64,000 bases of DNA, taken from NCBI GenBank assembly GCA_047967505.1, contig CM106538.1. One strand, given 5' to 3'. Within the stretch, counting starts at the first letter, position 1. Every line of letters starts with the position of its first letter. Positions 12,601-25,680 of the stretch are shown one piece after another. The notes under the pieces were generated by a model. That model worked only from the letters and a program-made list of their open reading frames with translations, was not told the origin of the DNA and did not search any database. The stretch is from Dipteris shenzhenensis (taxonomy: Eukaryota). Both the position numbers and the translations under genes were made by a program.

Positions 12601-15600
12601 CTGTCTGGAAACCAGCCTAGGTGGGCACCTCCTGTGAGCTAGGTCTGCAGCACAAGGTACTTCTTTCTCCTCTTGAATGTAGGCCCAAGCTGCTGCTCCT
12701 TTTGCTAGTGGATTAGCTGCTCCAGATGATGATTGATCACAACACCTTGCTGCCCCAAGGTCCAGCCTCTAGGCAACTCAGTCTACAGCACACTTTCCAC
12801 TCTCCTTCACCCCCAGTGTGAGGAACAAGGGAGTGGCTTCTGGCTGCTCCTGTCTGCTCCTTTCCTTGCTGAATGGTTGGATATAAAATGAGGCCCAGGG
12901 ACTCTCCTTTTATAGGGCATAAGGCCCCCTTGAACCAACCGACCAGCCAGCCCTAAATGCGTTGACTGGCTGGTCTGTTTGGGCCGACCAGTCTGCCCCC
13001 CCCCCCCCCAGTCTGTAAACAGACCTGATTGGGGGCTGTCCTTCAGACCCGCCTGGCCATGTGGCAGCCCGCCATAGGCCCAGGCACTCTGCCCACCTGC
13101 TGGCCCTGTTCCACGCCTGTTGCAGGCTCCATACAAGGCACAAAGGCCTTGCAATGCAGGCGCCTTTGGCCACTACAGATCCCGCCTTCAGCCAGGCTTC
13201 CATTAGCCCTGTCTTTCATCCAGTAGGCCTCTGTACAGCCCCGTACAGTGGGGCCGTACCCTGCTGATGTCATCGCGCCTTTCACACGGCCCTATTGTGA
13301 AGATAGTGGGAGAGAGGGAAGGAGTCTCACTTGCGACTTTCTCACATGCACAAATGGGGGAATACACACAAAAGTGGAGGCTGAAAACAGTTTTCCTCTT
13401 CTTAGTTGTGAAAGCCAAAAGAACTCTAGTACAAAGAAATAGAAGAACCCTATATGTGGGTCTCAAACCAAACTCAACTAACTAAGGTGGCATACTAACT
13501 GAGCCACAAACTAGAGTAGATAAGGATAGCTATCATCCAGCTATTATTCGTGGGCGGTGTACCAACCGCGTCTCCAGCTAACACGTCGGTGACATAAATA
13601 CACAACGGTCACCCTGGCATATCGCGAGTGGAGCTCGATATCTCAACACTCCCCCTCGAGCTCAATCCCAATTCTTGCACACCAAGCAGGTCTCTGAACT
13701 TGCGCAGCTTCTCTGTGCCCAATGCTTTCGTGAATATGTCAGCTACCTGATCCTCTGTGCTGACATAAACTAGATCAATAAGACCTAGTAAAACCTTCTC
13801 CCGCACATAGTGATAATGCACCTCAATGTGCTTTGTTCTAGCATGAAAGACTGGGTTCTTTGCCAAGTGTATACTGCTCATGTTGTCACAATAAATGACA
13901 ACTGGCCCATCTGTAGACTGATGCATATCATAAAGTAGCTTATGCAACCAAGCTACCTCACATGCAGCCATTGCTGCACCCCTGTACTCAGCCTCTGTGC
14001 TCGACAAGGCAACTGTAGGCTGTTTCTTACTGCTCCAAGTGACTGCAGCACTCCCAAAAGAGAACACATATCCACTGGTAGATCGTCTATCAGAAATGCT
14101 ACCAGCCCAATCAACATCAGTGTATCCATGCAACTGTATCTGAACCCCAGCCTCATAAAATAGTCCATACTGCAATGTGGACTTCACATACCTGAGTATG
14201 CGTCTAGCCGCATCCAAATGCGGTTTCTTTGGAGCCTGCATAAACTGACTTACCAATCCAACAGCATAGCTTAAATCTGGCCTGGTAATAGTCATATAAA
14301 TCAAACTTCCTACTATGCGTCTGTACATAGTAGGGTCTTCCAAAAGCTCACCTGCATCTGTGCTCAGCTTCACGTTCTGCTCCAAAGGAACTGAAATAGG
14401 CTTACAGCCTGTCATCCCATATTTGGACAGCATGTCCAATCCATACTGCCTCTGCAAGAGCTGTATCCCACTTGGTGATCTAATCACCTCAATGCCCAAG
14501 AAATAACGCAGCTCTCCCAAATCCTTCATCTCAAACTTCTGCCTCAATAGCATTTTCACATGAAGGATATCTTCATCACTATCACCTGTGATGATCAAAT
14601 CATCAACATAAATGACAAGCAGCATAATCCCTTTCTCTGTTTTTCTCACATAGAGTGAGAAATCTGCCTTGAAAATCTGAAAGCCAATAGTGACAAGATA
14701 CTGTCCTATCTTGTCAGACCATGCTCTAGGTGCTTGCTTCAAGCCATACAAGGCTTTCTTCAACCTGCAAACAAACTCAGGATGAATAGCATGAACATAA
14801 CCTGCTGGCTGCTCCATAAAGACCTCTTCTTGCAAATCACCATGCAAGAAGGCATTCTTTACATCCATCTGATGTAAAGACCATCCCTTTGATGCAGCCA
14901 TAGCAATGGCTGCTCTTACGGTTGCCATCCTTGCAACCGGACTGAAAGTTTCTTCATAATCAATGCCATATGTCTATGCATACCCCTTGACAACTAATCT
15001 TGCTTTGTATCTATTCACAGAACCATCTGCATTGTGCTTGATCTTATAAACCCACTTACAGCCAATTGCATTCTTGTCTTTAGGCAAAGGCACCAATTCC
15101 CATGTAGCATTTGCATCCAAGGCATCCATTTCTTCATCCATGGCTTTCTCCCATTTTTCATTTCCCATGGCTTGCTGAAAAGAAGTGGGTTCTGGTTCCT
15201 GTATCACTTTGACCATATAGGCATAGTGAATGGCTATAAATCCATCATATTTCAGCCTATCCACAGGATACCTAACCCTGGTAGACCTGTGCAAAATAGG
15301 CTCACTTCCAGGTGCTCTCAAAACATCCCTGGTCTTCCTTACTCCAGGTGTAACAACAGAAAGAATACCCAACTGATCATCAATGCTCTGTTCTGAGCCA
15401 CTGGATTCACCATCCACACAAGAATGACCTGCATTCACATCAAACATGGGCTGATCTACCTTCTCTTTTCCTTTTCGTGATACCTGCATACCACTCTCTG
15501 CATTGCTTTGAGGAGATTCTCCTGATCTCAATCTGCTTGTCCATGGCGAAGTATGTGAACCACTGCTAGACGACACTGCAGGTCCACTGATATTTTGTGA

Positions 15601-18600
15601 TTGCTGCTGTGAATTCTGTGCAGCATTACCATTTTGTGCATCTACATCAATCATCACATTTACTGGTTTATACCAACTGCTCATCTCATAAAAAACAACA
15701 TCTCTGCTTACTGTAAACTTACGAGTAGAAGGGTTATAGCATCTATACCCTTTCTGCTGCAGAGAGTAACCAATAAAGACGTACTTCTCAGCTTTTGGAT
15801 CCAACTTGGACCTCAACTCATCCGGCACATGGACATAGGCAATGCAACAAAAAATTTTCAAATGAGAAATATCTGGTTTCCTACCAGTATACATCTTCTC
15901 TGGCGTCATGCCATGTATTGCTGCAGTGGGAGTCCTGTTCATTATATAAACTGCTGTAGCAACTGCTTCAGCCCAATAATGATCTGGTAGATCTTTTTCA
16001 TTTAGCATAGTCCGAGATACCTCTCCAATATGCCTGTTTTTCCTTTCTGCAATTCCATTTTGCTGTGGGGTATGACTGCATGAATATTGCTGCTTTATAC
16101 CATGCTCCTGCAAGAACCTTCTGCAGGCCTGTTTCTTTTTCAACCATAGCTTTTTTTTTTTGCCGAAAAAACAGTGCTAATTATATTACTTCGAGAACAA
16201 GATACAAGAGGTCAGCTTATAGCTGACGGGCTGCGTTCACAAACCGGACGCAGCCCTAAAAGGTAGCATAATAAATCATGCTCTCACGGAGGGATATGAC
16301 GAGTGTGAATGAACAGCCATCGGGGTGGTGAGTAGTGCCACCGAAGGCCCTGCGTACTCTGCTCGAAGAAGAGGCCCTGTGTGTCCCAAGCCCGGAGGAA
16401 GCGTCTCCGCTTCTCCTGACCGGCCCGGGAGTCTCCCTGAATCTGGTCCCACTGGCCTCTGAGGGTATGAATAATCTCACTCCAAATCTCCGCCATGATC
16501 TGGGCAGTCGATAAGGAGGTGCCACCGAGGATCTGCGGGTAGCGCGAGGTCCAGATGTGCCACCCTGTAATGCTGCTAATAATCTCCCAGACTGGCTGCC
16601 TCTCCCGAACTCCTATATCAGCCTCTGCTAGGTGCTGCGGGATACCCTCGAGCGGCCCCCACGTCCCCTGTGTGATAAGAAAAGTGGGGTCCTGCTGGCA
16701 TGCCTCGAATAAATGATGAAGACCAGGTGCGGTGCTGCACCAACAGAACGCGCCCCAAGTGATCAATCCTAGCTCTGGTGCTGCGCGAGTAAGAAGCCCG
16801 AAAGTCCACCTCCACACTTCCTGGGCGCGAGTGCAGCTCCACAGGCAGTGTTTTGGTGACTCCTCATCCGCATGGCAAATCTGACAGCATCCGTCCTGGC
16901 CTATCTGCCTCAACCAGCTCCCCACTGGAAGACCTTTGTGGGCAAGAAGCCACAGGAAGTATGAGATCTTCCGCGGCCGCCAGCTCTCCCACAAGGCCTT
17001 CCAGAATGCCTGCAAAAAGAACCTGGAAATACCCTGTGCGTACCAGCTGGGTCGCTGGGTGGGGGGGCGGCTCTGCATCCTCCCGAACAACCATAGCTTT
17101 GAAAGCTTTGAAGTGCCCAAACACTTCACTTTTCTTTTTCATAAAATACACCCAAAGTTTTCTACTGAAGTCATCAATAAATGTGACAAAATAGTGACAG
17201 CCTCCAATAGATGCAGCTTTAGTAGTCCACACATCAGAGTGGATTAATTCCAATGGCTTTTTACTCTCTTGAACATGCCTAGGAAAAGGTTTCCTTGCCT
17301 ATTTCCCAAATTGACAAGCTTCACAAACCTTGTGCATTTCTGCAACCTTGAATTTAGGCAATCCTGCAACAATATTTTGGGCTTGCATTGATTTAAGTCG
17401 CTCTATATTAACATGACCAATGCGTTTGTGCCAGATATCAATATCTGCAACTACACCGGTCCCATGTGCAAACATTGCTGCACTCAATTCAGGCATGTCC
17501 GCATCCAACGTGAACATCCTGTCCTTCTTCTTTCCTTTTGCTATCAAGCGACCGTTATTTTTCATATCCTCAACAAAGCATCCATGAGGATTAAATCTGA
17601 CCTGCAAGCCCTGCTCAACCATTTGACCAACAGAAACTAGGTTCTTGGTGATGTTCAGGACATGAAATACATCGGACAGGTATTTCTTTTTCCTATCTTG
17701 CATAGACAAAGGAATTTTACCAATCTGCACAATAGGATGTGCAGTATCATCACCAATCTCCACAAATCCTGGCTTTTTCATTTTCCTTGCATCCTGCATC
17801 CATTCTGCATGACCTGTCATGTGGTTTGACGCACCTAAGTCAACATACCACACATCATTTCGTTCTTCTGCACTTGTCACAGAATTGGTCATATGCTGCA
17901 TCATAAATAGATGCTCATTTCTGTCATCACCCTGTCTACTGGAAGATGCATAATTGCCTTGCTGCAATTTTCCATTCATAATGTCATTCCGCTTTTTGTA
18001 GCAGTCCTTAGCCATATGACCCATTTTACCACAGTAGTAGCATTCAACATTGCTGTTTGCATTTTGGCCTCTCTGCCATCTACCACGGCCTCTTTGACTC
18101 CCCCTGCCTCTAGAGTTACCACGTCCTCCTGCATAGGACTGGTTTTCTTGAGATTGCTGCATATTCTGATTTCTACCACGGCCTGCAGATCGGCCTCCTC
18201 TACCTCTGTCTCTACCTCTGCCAGCATTTGAGTAGAAGACAGTTTCTTTTGAAGTTCCTGCTGAAGAAGATGCACCCCCATTTCTCTGCTCTTCAGAAAT
18301 TAGAAGAGCAAACAACTCTTCAAAATCAGGAAATTTTTCACGGATGGCAATGGATGTCCGGAACTGTGCATAATCCTTTCCTAGACCATTCAAGGTCACA
18401 GAAACTAGATCATCATCTTCCACTGGCGACTCAATGGAAGCAAGTGCATCTGCAATTTTCTTCACCTTCATGTGGTAGTCGTTTATGCTCAAATTTTCTC
18501 TCTGCACAACATTGTGCAACTCCTGTTTGAGCTGCATTTTCCTAGCTTGCGTATTTGTGCTGTACATTTTTGCCAAAGTATCCCATGCCTCCTTTGGCGT

Positions 18601-21600
18601 ACTTGCATCCTGAATATGCACAATCATGGAGTCCGAAATACTGATTGACAGCCAGTACATAACTTTCCTGGCTCTCTCATGCCATCCTTTGAATGCCTGC
18701 ATTTCCTGTTGATTGGGAACATTAGGAAGAACAGGTTCTTCTTCATTTCTTGTAATGAACTCTCAATAGCCTTTTCCCATCAAGAAATTCGTCATTCTAA
18801 ACTTCCATGCCTGGAAGTTGTTCTTGTCAAGCTTTTCAGTGACAATCTGTGAAAGAGAATCAGATGCCATTACAGAACACTGCAAAATATTTTGCCACTG
18901 CAAAAAAACACAGCTTTTGCCTCACACGGGCAGATCAGCAAAACTGACGAAAGTGGTATTTCACCACACAATCACTTCCTAGTGACGATTTTGCATCAAC
19001 AGGCAACAAGCATGAATCTGCAACTCCCAATATCTCTGCACACAGGCATACGATGCAATTTCTGCGGTAACTTTTCACCGACTAGCCGCGCAGTGGTCGC
19101 ACATCTAAAATAGGGCCTTTTTTTGAGTGCCTGCGAAGAACTTCCGCCTTCAAAATGGGCCCCGAAATGGCCTCGAATCAGAAAAATAAAGTCACTAAGG
19201 GCTTAGCCCTTGCCCGCAGCATATACTGCGCTCTCGCCACACCGCGAAGGGCGTCTCAATCTGAGACAGTGCACTCTTGCACTTCTGGCCGTGCTACCTG
19301 CAGAGATTTGCTCCCAAACTCGAAATAGGAAAGCAACACTGGTCCTCTTACCAGGACACCACGAACTTGGCTTGCTTTCTTGAGCTCCTTACTACGAACA
19401 AGGCTCTGATACCATGTGAAGATAGTGGGAGAGAGGGAAGGAGTCTCACTTGCGACTTTCTCACATGCACAAATGGGGGAATACACACAAAGGTGGAGGC
19501 TGAAAACAGTTTTTCTCTTCTTAGTTGTGAAAGCCAAAAGAACTCTAGTACAAAGAAATAGAAGAACCCTATATGTGGGTCTCAAACCAAACTCAACTAA
19601 CTAAGGTGGCATACTAACTGAGCCACAAACTAGAGTAGATAAGGATAGCTGTCATCCAGCTATTATTCGTGGGCGGTGTACCAACCGCATCTCCAGCTAA
19701 CAAGTCGGTGACATAAATACACAACGGTCACCCTGGCATATCGCGAGTGGAGCTCGATATCTCAACACCTATTGCAGGCCGTACGCTTGCTCTGCAGTTC
19801 CGTCTTGCCAGGTCAGATCCAGGGCTTCATGCCCCCGCCATCTCTTCTGCACAAGGTCTCTTGTGCTGTCCAAATGACAGCTCATGTGCTGCCCATATGG
19901 CAGCCCCATTCTCTGCCCATCTGGCAGTCTATACATCCCTAGGTCCACCTCCCCCATGCTCTCCTCATATGGGGGCTTACAGATGGGGAGGTGACCATTC
20001 CAACAGCTATTACTTCCCCCACCTTCCTTACCTCCATGACTCTACAAGAAGTAGAAAATTGGACAGGACCTGATGGGGATGCTAGCAGCAATGACAGGGG
20101 ACAGAAAGTATGGCAGAAGGTTCTAATGCAACAGTGGGACCCAAGGGGCTGAAACTATGGTACGATGGCAGAGCCAAAGATCCAGAGATGAGAAGCAATG
20201 GTGGGTGGGAGGGAGGCTATAGTAGGAAGGCTTGCTGGGACACAGCACTGAAGCTATGATGAGAGCTAAAAGGAGAGGAGCAGACTGATACCAAAGAGAA
20301 GGGAAGAGGAGGTCCGATAAGAAGAAGAGGACATGAAGGACCTTGGGGGAGGCGTCAAAGAGGCGAGAAGCATTTCAAGCTTAAACAACAAATTATCTTT
20401 GCAAGCACAACCACAATATATTTCATGTTGTACAAGTGCATTGCCGTTCAAAACCTGTACCTTTTGTTCTTGTTGCTGCTTGTAATACCAAGCCATCATT
20501 GCTTTCTGGGTCTCTGCATCTACAGGCTGTAACAATCGTACCAAGCAAAAGAATCATTCTTATGATTTTTTTTTGAAAATGATTGCACTGTCTTTGACAG
20601 TCACACAGAACAGACAATGCAGACAAGAAAATAGGAGCTTTCAAAGTTCCAAGACTGCATATTACTTACAGGCTCACGTGGTGGGGGAGCATGGCCTCTA
20701 ACTTGAAGCTTGGCTATTATCTAGATACATTGAAAATGTTAAGGATGCAAGATTACACAGGAATATGATAGTTTGCAGGATACAGTGTAATGATGAGGCT
20801 GAGGTATTTTACGGTACCTTTGTTTTGTCATTCTTGCCTACATGGTCAGAGAGCCTCTTCTCACGCATCAATTCCTTGCCAGCCCACCACATCTGTGATG
20901 TGTCTGGATCCAATAAGTCCGCATCTGCAAAGTGAAAACAAAGGCCTCTGGAATGGATAAACAAGATAGGGCACTACTATCAGATTTTATGATCTAGCGT
21001 TTGGCTACAGCAGCACTGCTCACTCGCAAGATGGCCACTTCAGACAGTAACTTGCATCTAATTCATAATCCTTGCACTTCAAAGAAAGGGGCATTTTGTG
21101 CACATCTAAACCTTTGTAAGTGCCGATCAATAACTGGTGGACTGGATCATACTGTGGAAGTCCCATGGGAAAACATATCATTACGGCCCCTCTCACATTC
21201 TGTATGACCTCTTTCAAAGGACCTGCAGTAAGTGGTACCCTATGTAACACCTGCTCCTGTTTGAAACCATCATTTTCAGTACCATTTGCCCTTTTAGAAA
21301 AAATGCTGAGAATTAATGTCAAATTTCTTAAATGCATAGTTCAGAAAAGAAGCAGCATTGCAACTCAGAGTGGAAGCAAGGTGGGACTTTCGTCTGGAAA
21401 ATAGCATAATGAGTATATGGACGGAGGCATAACAGTCTAAGTCCATCCAAAAAGTGCACATTAAGCATACACAAAGCCTCACATGTCGGAGACTTTTCTT
21501 GCATAAAACATTTTTTCCCTTCCCTTCCATTTATTTTGTTTTATTATTTGTTTCTTATTTGTAATGTAAATAGGTCACACAGACAGAAAATGACACACTC

Positions 21601-22355
21601 GCTGGTTCACTGGTCTTACTACGATGCATACAAATGTAAGAAACTGTCTGTATAGATATTCTTCACCAATTTGCAGTGTGTGAGAGGGCCCATGTCAGCC
21701 ATTAGCATAGGGGAAAGACCAAGTGGCATACAAAGGAACCCCTAAGTCCAACATAGACCTAAGGAAGATGATACAATTACTTATCATATGTTCTACATCG
21801 AGATACAAAAATGCATTGCAGCAACACAATATAAGGCAATCCCATACGCACATGCTGACAACCCAATCACAAAAATATAATGTGTTTAAGATACGAAGAA
21901 AGGTAGATATTGTTTTCACTAGGTCAGATAGCTCTCTGGGTCCAGTTCTCTTATTCCTGCTGAGTGTAGTATCAGGTATCAATGCACATAGATGAGGTGA
22001 AATAATGACAGGAGCTATAGTGTTTCTGTATTGGCAAGAACAGTTAAAAACATGCTTCATGCCAGATACGTGCCTGTGTGCCTGTCTGTGTACACGTGAG
22101 AGAGGGACTTTGAGCTGTGTTTTGGGTAAGACTGCTGTCCAAACAAGGATCATGGAAGGCCAAGAAGTTTCCCTTTTGTATATGCAAAATGTCAGCATGC
22201 ATTTGTTCATACATGCATCCACATGTGTGTGTGTGTGTTGGGGGGGCGGGTAAGGCTGTTGTCGAAAACAGATAATATTAATTAAAACAAATCATTGAAG
22301 GCCAAGAAGTGTTCCTTTTGTGTATGCAAAATGTCTGCATGCATTTATACATGCA

Positions 22356-22397
<42 letters not shown>

Positions 22398-24280
22398 CCG
22401 AAGGGTAGAGTAGGCTGGGACAAACCTTAGAAGCACACACACCTGCCTCTGCCAATGTCTTTTTTAGAGTTTCTGCAACGTCTGGACCACAAGCTGGGAA
22501 GAGCATGAAACAACAAGTGCCTCAGATTAAAGGGGGAGCAGAGGGTAGGATGATTCATTCAATACTCATCAGTAAAAAATTGATAGCGTCTCCTCAGGAA
22601 TTCAAAACTATGAGTATGATACAAATTCATTACAAGATTAGTGCTGATCTAATACTATCTGTTTGATTAATAGCCTAGCTAAAATAATAGTGCCACGTAC
22701 AAAATCGACTAAACTATGTTGAAGGATTTGCCGCACCATACAACAATTCAATTACAAGATCTACGTTATATTAGAGGAAAGGCCTGGTCATTAGCTGAAA
22801 ACCCCCTGCCCAGAGTACAGTTACTGATCACATGTGAGAATTGAATCGCCTCAAAATAGATGTCCCGCTCTCTTCACTGCCGAGACCTCCATTTTTGCGA
22901 TAACTAAAATAGTTTCATGTGGTTTAAAACAACTTGGGTACTCAAATCGTTGCCTGTTAGTTATGGCTTAATATAAGGGCCATGATCCCCACTAGGGAAC
23001 AATGCCTCAGTAGAAACTCTAGAAAGACATTGTTGGTTAAACATCTAGGACTAGTTCCCGGAGATCCACATGTTAGATTCCAGTGGCAGTTGAATTAGAC
23101 CACTTTCTGGGGGCAAATCAGGTAGTGGACGCCAGGTGGATCCCTTCATGAAAGTATCATTTCAATTTCTGGCTATTTATGGAAATCCTCTAGCTCCTAA
23201 CATCTTCCTCATCTCATGACACACACAGTCAGCACAATATTAAAGACAGAGAACTTTGAGCAGCTGAAAAGAAAGCATGCATCTTGGGCAAACCTGATCT
23301 CCATTGGTTAAGGAATCCAGTGTGATGGTTTGTCTGTCCTCTTTCTGCTCAATCCGATTTATGAAATTTATACTTTTAATTCTATAGTTCTTATATATGT
23401 CAGATTGGTGTCAGAGCTGACTACGCTTGAGCTCTCAGAAAAAATGAGAAATTCAAGTTGTATGTAGATCTCCATGGAAAGGTGGATTGACAGCCAAAAA
23501 AGGCCTAATTAACATCTACAGAGCATTCCATTGCAGATTTGTTTGTGCATAAAGTTCGGTCTGAAAGTTTTCAGTCTTGTGCATAGAAGTCCTGGCTGCT
23601 ATCTAGACAAGGAGGACATGGATATACATCCTTTGTGCCAAGTTACTAGGGAGGATGGGCTGCATTTTTTGGGGCTATCCTGTAACAAAGCCTCACGGAG
23701 AACAGATGCTGCAAGCAGGCCTCAGACAGGACGATGCCTTCTTAACAAGATTCTCTTTCAATCTATCTGGTTTAAGCTGCTACAGGGGGACAGTTCCACT
23801 GTGAAATCCGTTAGTGTCGGAATCTGACAGTTCCATCATGAATTCATTGGTAGCATATAAGGCCATCCAAACTGAGGACAGCAACCCCCTTGAGGCCCAT
23901 TCGACGATTTGCCTTTATTAATTGAACAAATTCCATTCTCAGGCGAGCTTGAAATGGGCGATGAATTGCGCGGGACTGTTCGACCAACCTTCGCCAGTAC
24001 GTCGTCGTGCAGGGTCTTTTCTGTAAAAAGGACCATGTTGAAGCCTCTGGCTAGACTCTGCCTCATCGTCGTCGCTATCGTCGCCATTGTCGTCGCTGGA
24101 GGGAGGCCTAGAAGGTCCGTAAAGGCAGAGATGTTCACCTTCCTGCAGCAAGCGCGATATCCTAAGCTGCAAGTTATGGATAGCAACTAACTCTCGGATG
24201 ACAAGATCGACGCTTTGGATTGCTGGACATTCGAAGAGAAATTGCCTCTCTTCACTCTGCTTCACATGAATAAGCACCAT
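3549..24280 (-). CDS. CFAP298: Cilia- and flagella-associated protein 298 (C21orf59/FBB18 homologue), 7 coding exons, 277 aa
   Basis: Exons 24280-23989, 22493-22426, 21256-21112, 20924-20818, 20720-20670, 20526-20461 and 3653-3549 have GT-AG borders with compatible phases and total 834 nt. Motifs [98 protein letters not shown] match the CFAP298 family as I recall it. Confidence 0.93.
3950..4400 (-). pseudogene. Degenerate Ty3/gypsy reverse transcriptase fragment
   Basis: Minus-strand translation across stops gives [39 protein letters not shown]; boundaries approximate. Confidence 0.65.
4474..4944 (-). repeat. 3' LTR of the chromovirus
   Basis: On minus, PPT GAAGAGGGAAGGAA directly precedes TGTTACG (4944); ends TGTTACA at 4474 (this end has no TSD support). 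Confidence 0.72.
4957..7284 (-). pseudogene. Gypsy pol: RT C-terminus, RNase H, integrase, chromodomain (broken into three ORFs)
   Basis: [19 protein letters not shown] zinc finger, SMDFI, SDRD, DGQTE, GPW; stop and internal deletion in RNase H near 6615-6645; frameshift near 5840. Confidence 0.92.
7285..9552 (+). pseudogene. Gypsy gag - aspartic protease - RT N-terminus (inverted block, reading frame open)
   Basis: Retrotrans_gag-like region ([13 protein letters not shown]), zinc knuckle [13 protein letters not shown], protease [21 protein letters not shown] and [15 protein letters not shown]. Confidence 0.92.
9580..11842 (+). mobile_element. Degenerate Ty1/copia pol remnant (INT tail, RT, RNase H) ending in a PPT
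   Basis: [61 protein letters not shown]; many frameshifts; PPT GAGGGGG then TGTTAG at 11843. Confidence 0.88.
13609..18870 (-). pseudogene. Copia gag-pol (gag, zinc knuckle, PR, INT, RT, RNase H), disrupted
   Basis: [69 protein letters not shown]; premature stops, LINE insertion and a 53-bp deletion in integrase. Confidence 0.95.
16154..17087 (-). mobile_element. 5'-truncated L1-clade LINE (zf-RVT-like C-terminus, 3' UTR, poly(A))
   Basis: [20 protein letters not shown]...[18 protein letters not shown]; poly(T) on plus at 16151-16161; TSD CAACCATAGCTTT at 16141-16153 and 17088-17100. Confidence 0.93.
20461..20526 (-). CDS. CFAP298: CFAP298 coding exon 6
   Basis: [22 protein letters not shown], phase-0 GTACAG donor. 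Confidence 0.9.
20670..20720 (-). CDS. CFAP298: CFAP298 coding exon 5
   Basis: [17 protein letters not shown] followed by GTAAGT donor. Confidence 0.9.
20818..20924 (-). CDS. CFAP298: CFAP298 coding exon 4
   Basis: (D)[39 protein letters not shown] borders. Confidence 0.9.
21112..21256 (-). CDS. CFAP298: CFAP298 coding exon 3
   Basis: [48 protein letters not shown]; the donor (GTTTAG) is the least certain border. Confidence 0.85.
22426..22493 (-). CDS. CFAP298: CFAP298 coding exon 2
   Basis: CAG acceptor, (A)[28 protein letters not shown] donor. Confidence 0.85.
23989..24280 (-). CDS. CFAP298: CFAP298 coding exon 1
   Basis: ATG at 24280, [19 protein letters not shown]...[10 protein letters not shown], phase-1 GT donor at 23988. 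Confidence 0.92.
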
Positions 24281-25193
24281 CTCTCTCACTGTAGAAGCTA
24301 GCTATTCACAAAAACATTTCCAAATTTTGCTCGGTAGCTCACAACGGCCATCAACTGAATTCCCCCCCTCTTCACACCAACACATGACGTCATCCCATGT
24401 GTCAATCCCAATTGGAGCCCGAGTGCACCCGCACGAGCCAAGTGGAGCTTGGTGAGCTCCTCTCGCATTGCCAATCCTCTCTCCCCCATGATTGATAGGT
24501 GACCGACTAGGTCACTTCAATGACCCACTCGAGGGCTCGGAGCTGGGTGAGTGGACCTGGGTGAGAGGGCCTTCCCATGCAAGTGGAGCTGAGTGAGAGA
24601 GCCTCTCGAGCAAGGACACCCCCACCAGTGGCGGTGAGCTTGCAGCTCCCACGCCAGCGCCAACGCCAGTGCTAGGGCTTCTAAATCTCAACACTCCAGT
24701 GTTGTGCCATCGGCTCTATTTGAAGCATTGCTACGCTAGCATTCCAATGGTCCACAGAGTCAATCTTCTTTTTGGTTGGCTCAAACAACCTGCAAAATCC
24801 CTGTCAGGCACTCATTACTCACAAGCTGGAATAACAAAAGCCTTCATGGGGATCTCACTTCTAGAGTTCTAGCGTTGGCAAGAGCGCGGGGAGCTGCTCT
24901 AAGCTCCTTTGGCATTGCCCATTCTTTCTTCTCCATGATTGATAGGCAATCGCGAGGTCCCTAGCAACTCTAACTCCGCTCTATAAAGCGTCACCAACAG
25001 ATTTGAAGCTTTTGGACCCCCTTGGGAGCATGTAGACCTTCAAAGCAAACTGAGGCCTTTCTACAATAAGGGCACATTTTCAAAAATTCATTATAGCGCC
25101 TTTCTCTACATACCTTTACATAAGTAGGGGTGTCAAAATTGGCCTTCAAAGAAATCACGGGGTTACTACAAGACAAGGACTCTTGCATGCTAC

Positions 25194-25680
25194 TCATAAC
25201 ACGCTCCATACTAAAGAGGTGAGTGCCACCATATCCATGCTCTTATATGCATGCACTCTTCCACCAAGGTAATGATTGTATTGTGATCTTCCACCACGCC
25301 CTCTATATGTGGCATTATGCTTGGCATAACAATCTCTTTCAAGGTGCCCGTATTTTCCACAAAAGTGATAATTTCTAGCTTGTGGAGTGTCTCTCAAGAT
25401 TCCTCTACCATGGGGTGTGGCTCTCCCCCTTCCTCTTGGCATGAAACCACGTCCTCTTTGAGCAAACTCATTTTTGTCCATGTGCTTTGAGGGGCATATG
25501 AGGCTCTTCCACGGCCTCTTGGGGGTCCACTTCTTCCTCTAAAATCACCTCTTCCACCCCGATGATAGAGCAAATTGTCTCTTCCCCTACTTGTGGAGGC
25601 TTTGAGCCCAAGCTTCAGGTAGCAACATGGGGAAGGCATGGGAGAGGCATGGCAGCAAGATGGGTAAACAGGAAGATTCA
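25194..25680 (-). pseudogene. Degenerate retrotransposon gag remnant (RG-rich region and zinc knuckle)
   Basis: RGRG repeats followed by (H)FCGKYGHLERDC; frameshifted. Confidence 0.6.

Larger units (their letters stand above)
13296..19767 (-). mobile_element. Full-length Ty1/copia element (family 1) with nested LINE
   Basis: 353-bp LTRs at 13296-13648 and 19415-19767 (5 substitutions by eye), TG..CA ends, TSD CCTAT, tRNA-iMet PBS TGGTATCAGAGCCT (19414-19401), PPT AGGGGGAG (13656-13649). Confidence 0.97.
11843..19981. repeat. Putative long LTR (11843-13295 plus 19773-19981) split by a younger copia insertion
   Basis: Starts TGTTAG right after a PPT, non-coding, and a candidate end GGGGGCTTACA at 19981; no TSD or second copy confirms the end. 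Confidence 0.4.

Noticed and set aside
16284-17253. ORFs 16284-17129 and 16864-17253 as novel fusion genes
   Set aside because: They are read-throughs across the copia/LINE insertion junction.
23000-23140. tRNA gene or tRNA-derived SINE in CFAP298 intron 1
   Set aside because: Only weak A/B-box-like words; no cloverleaf, tail or TSD could be established.
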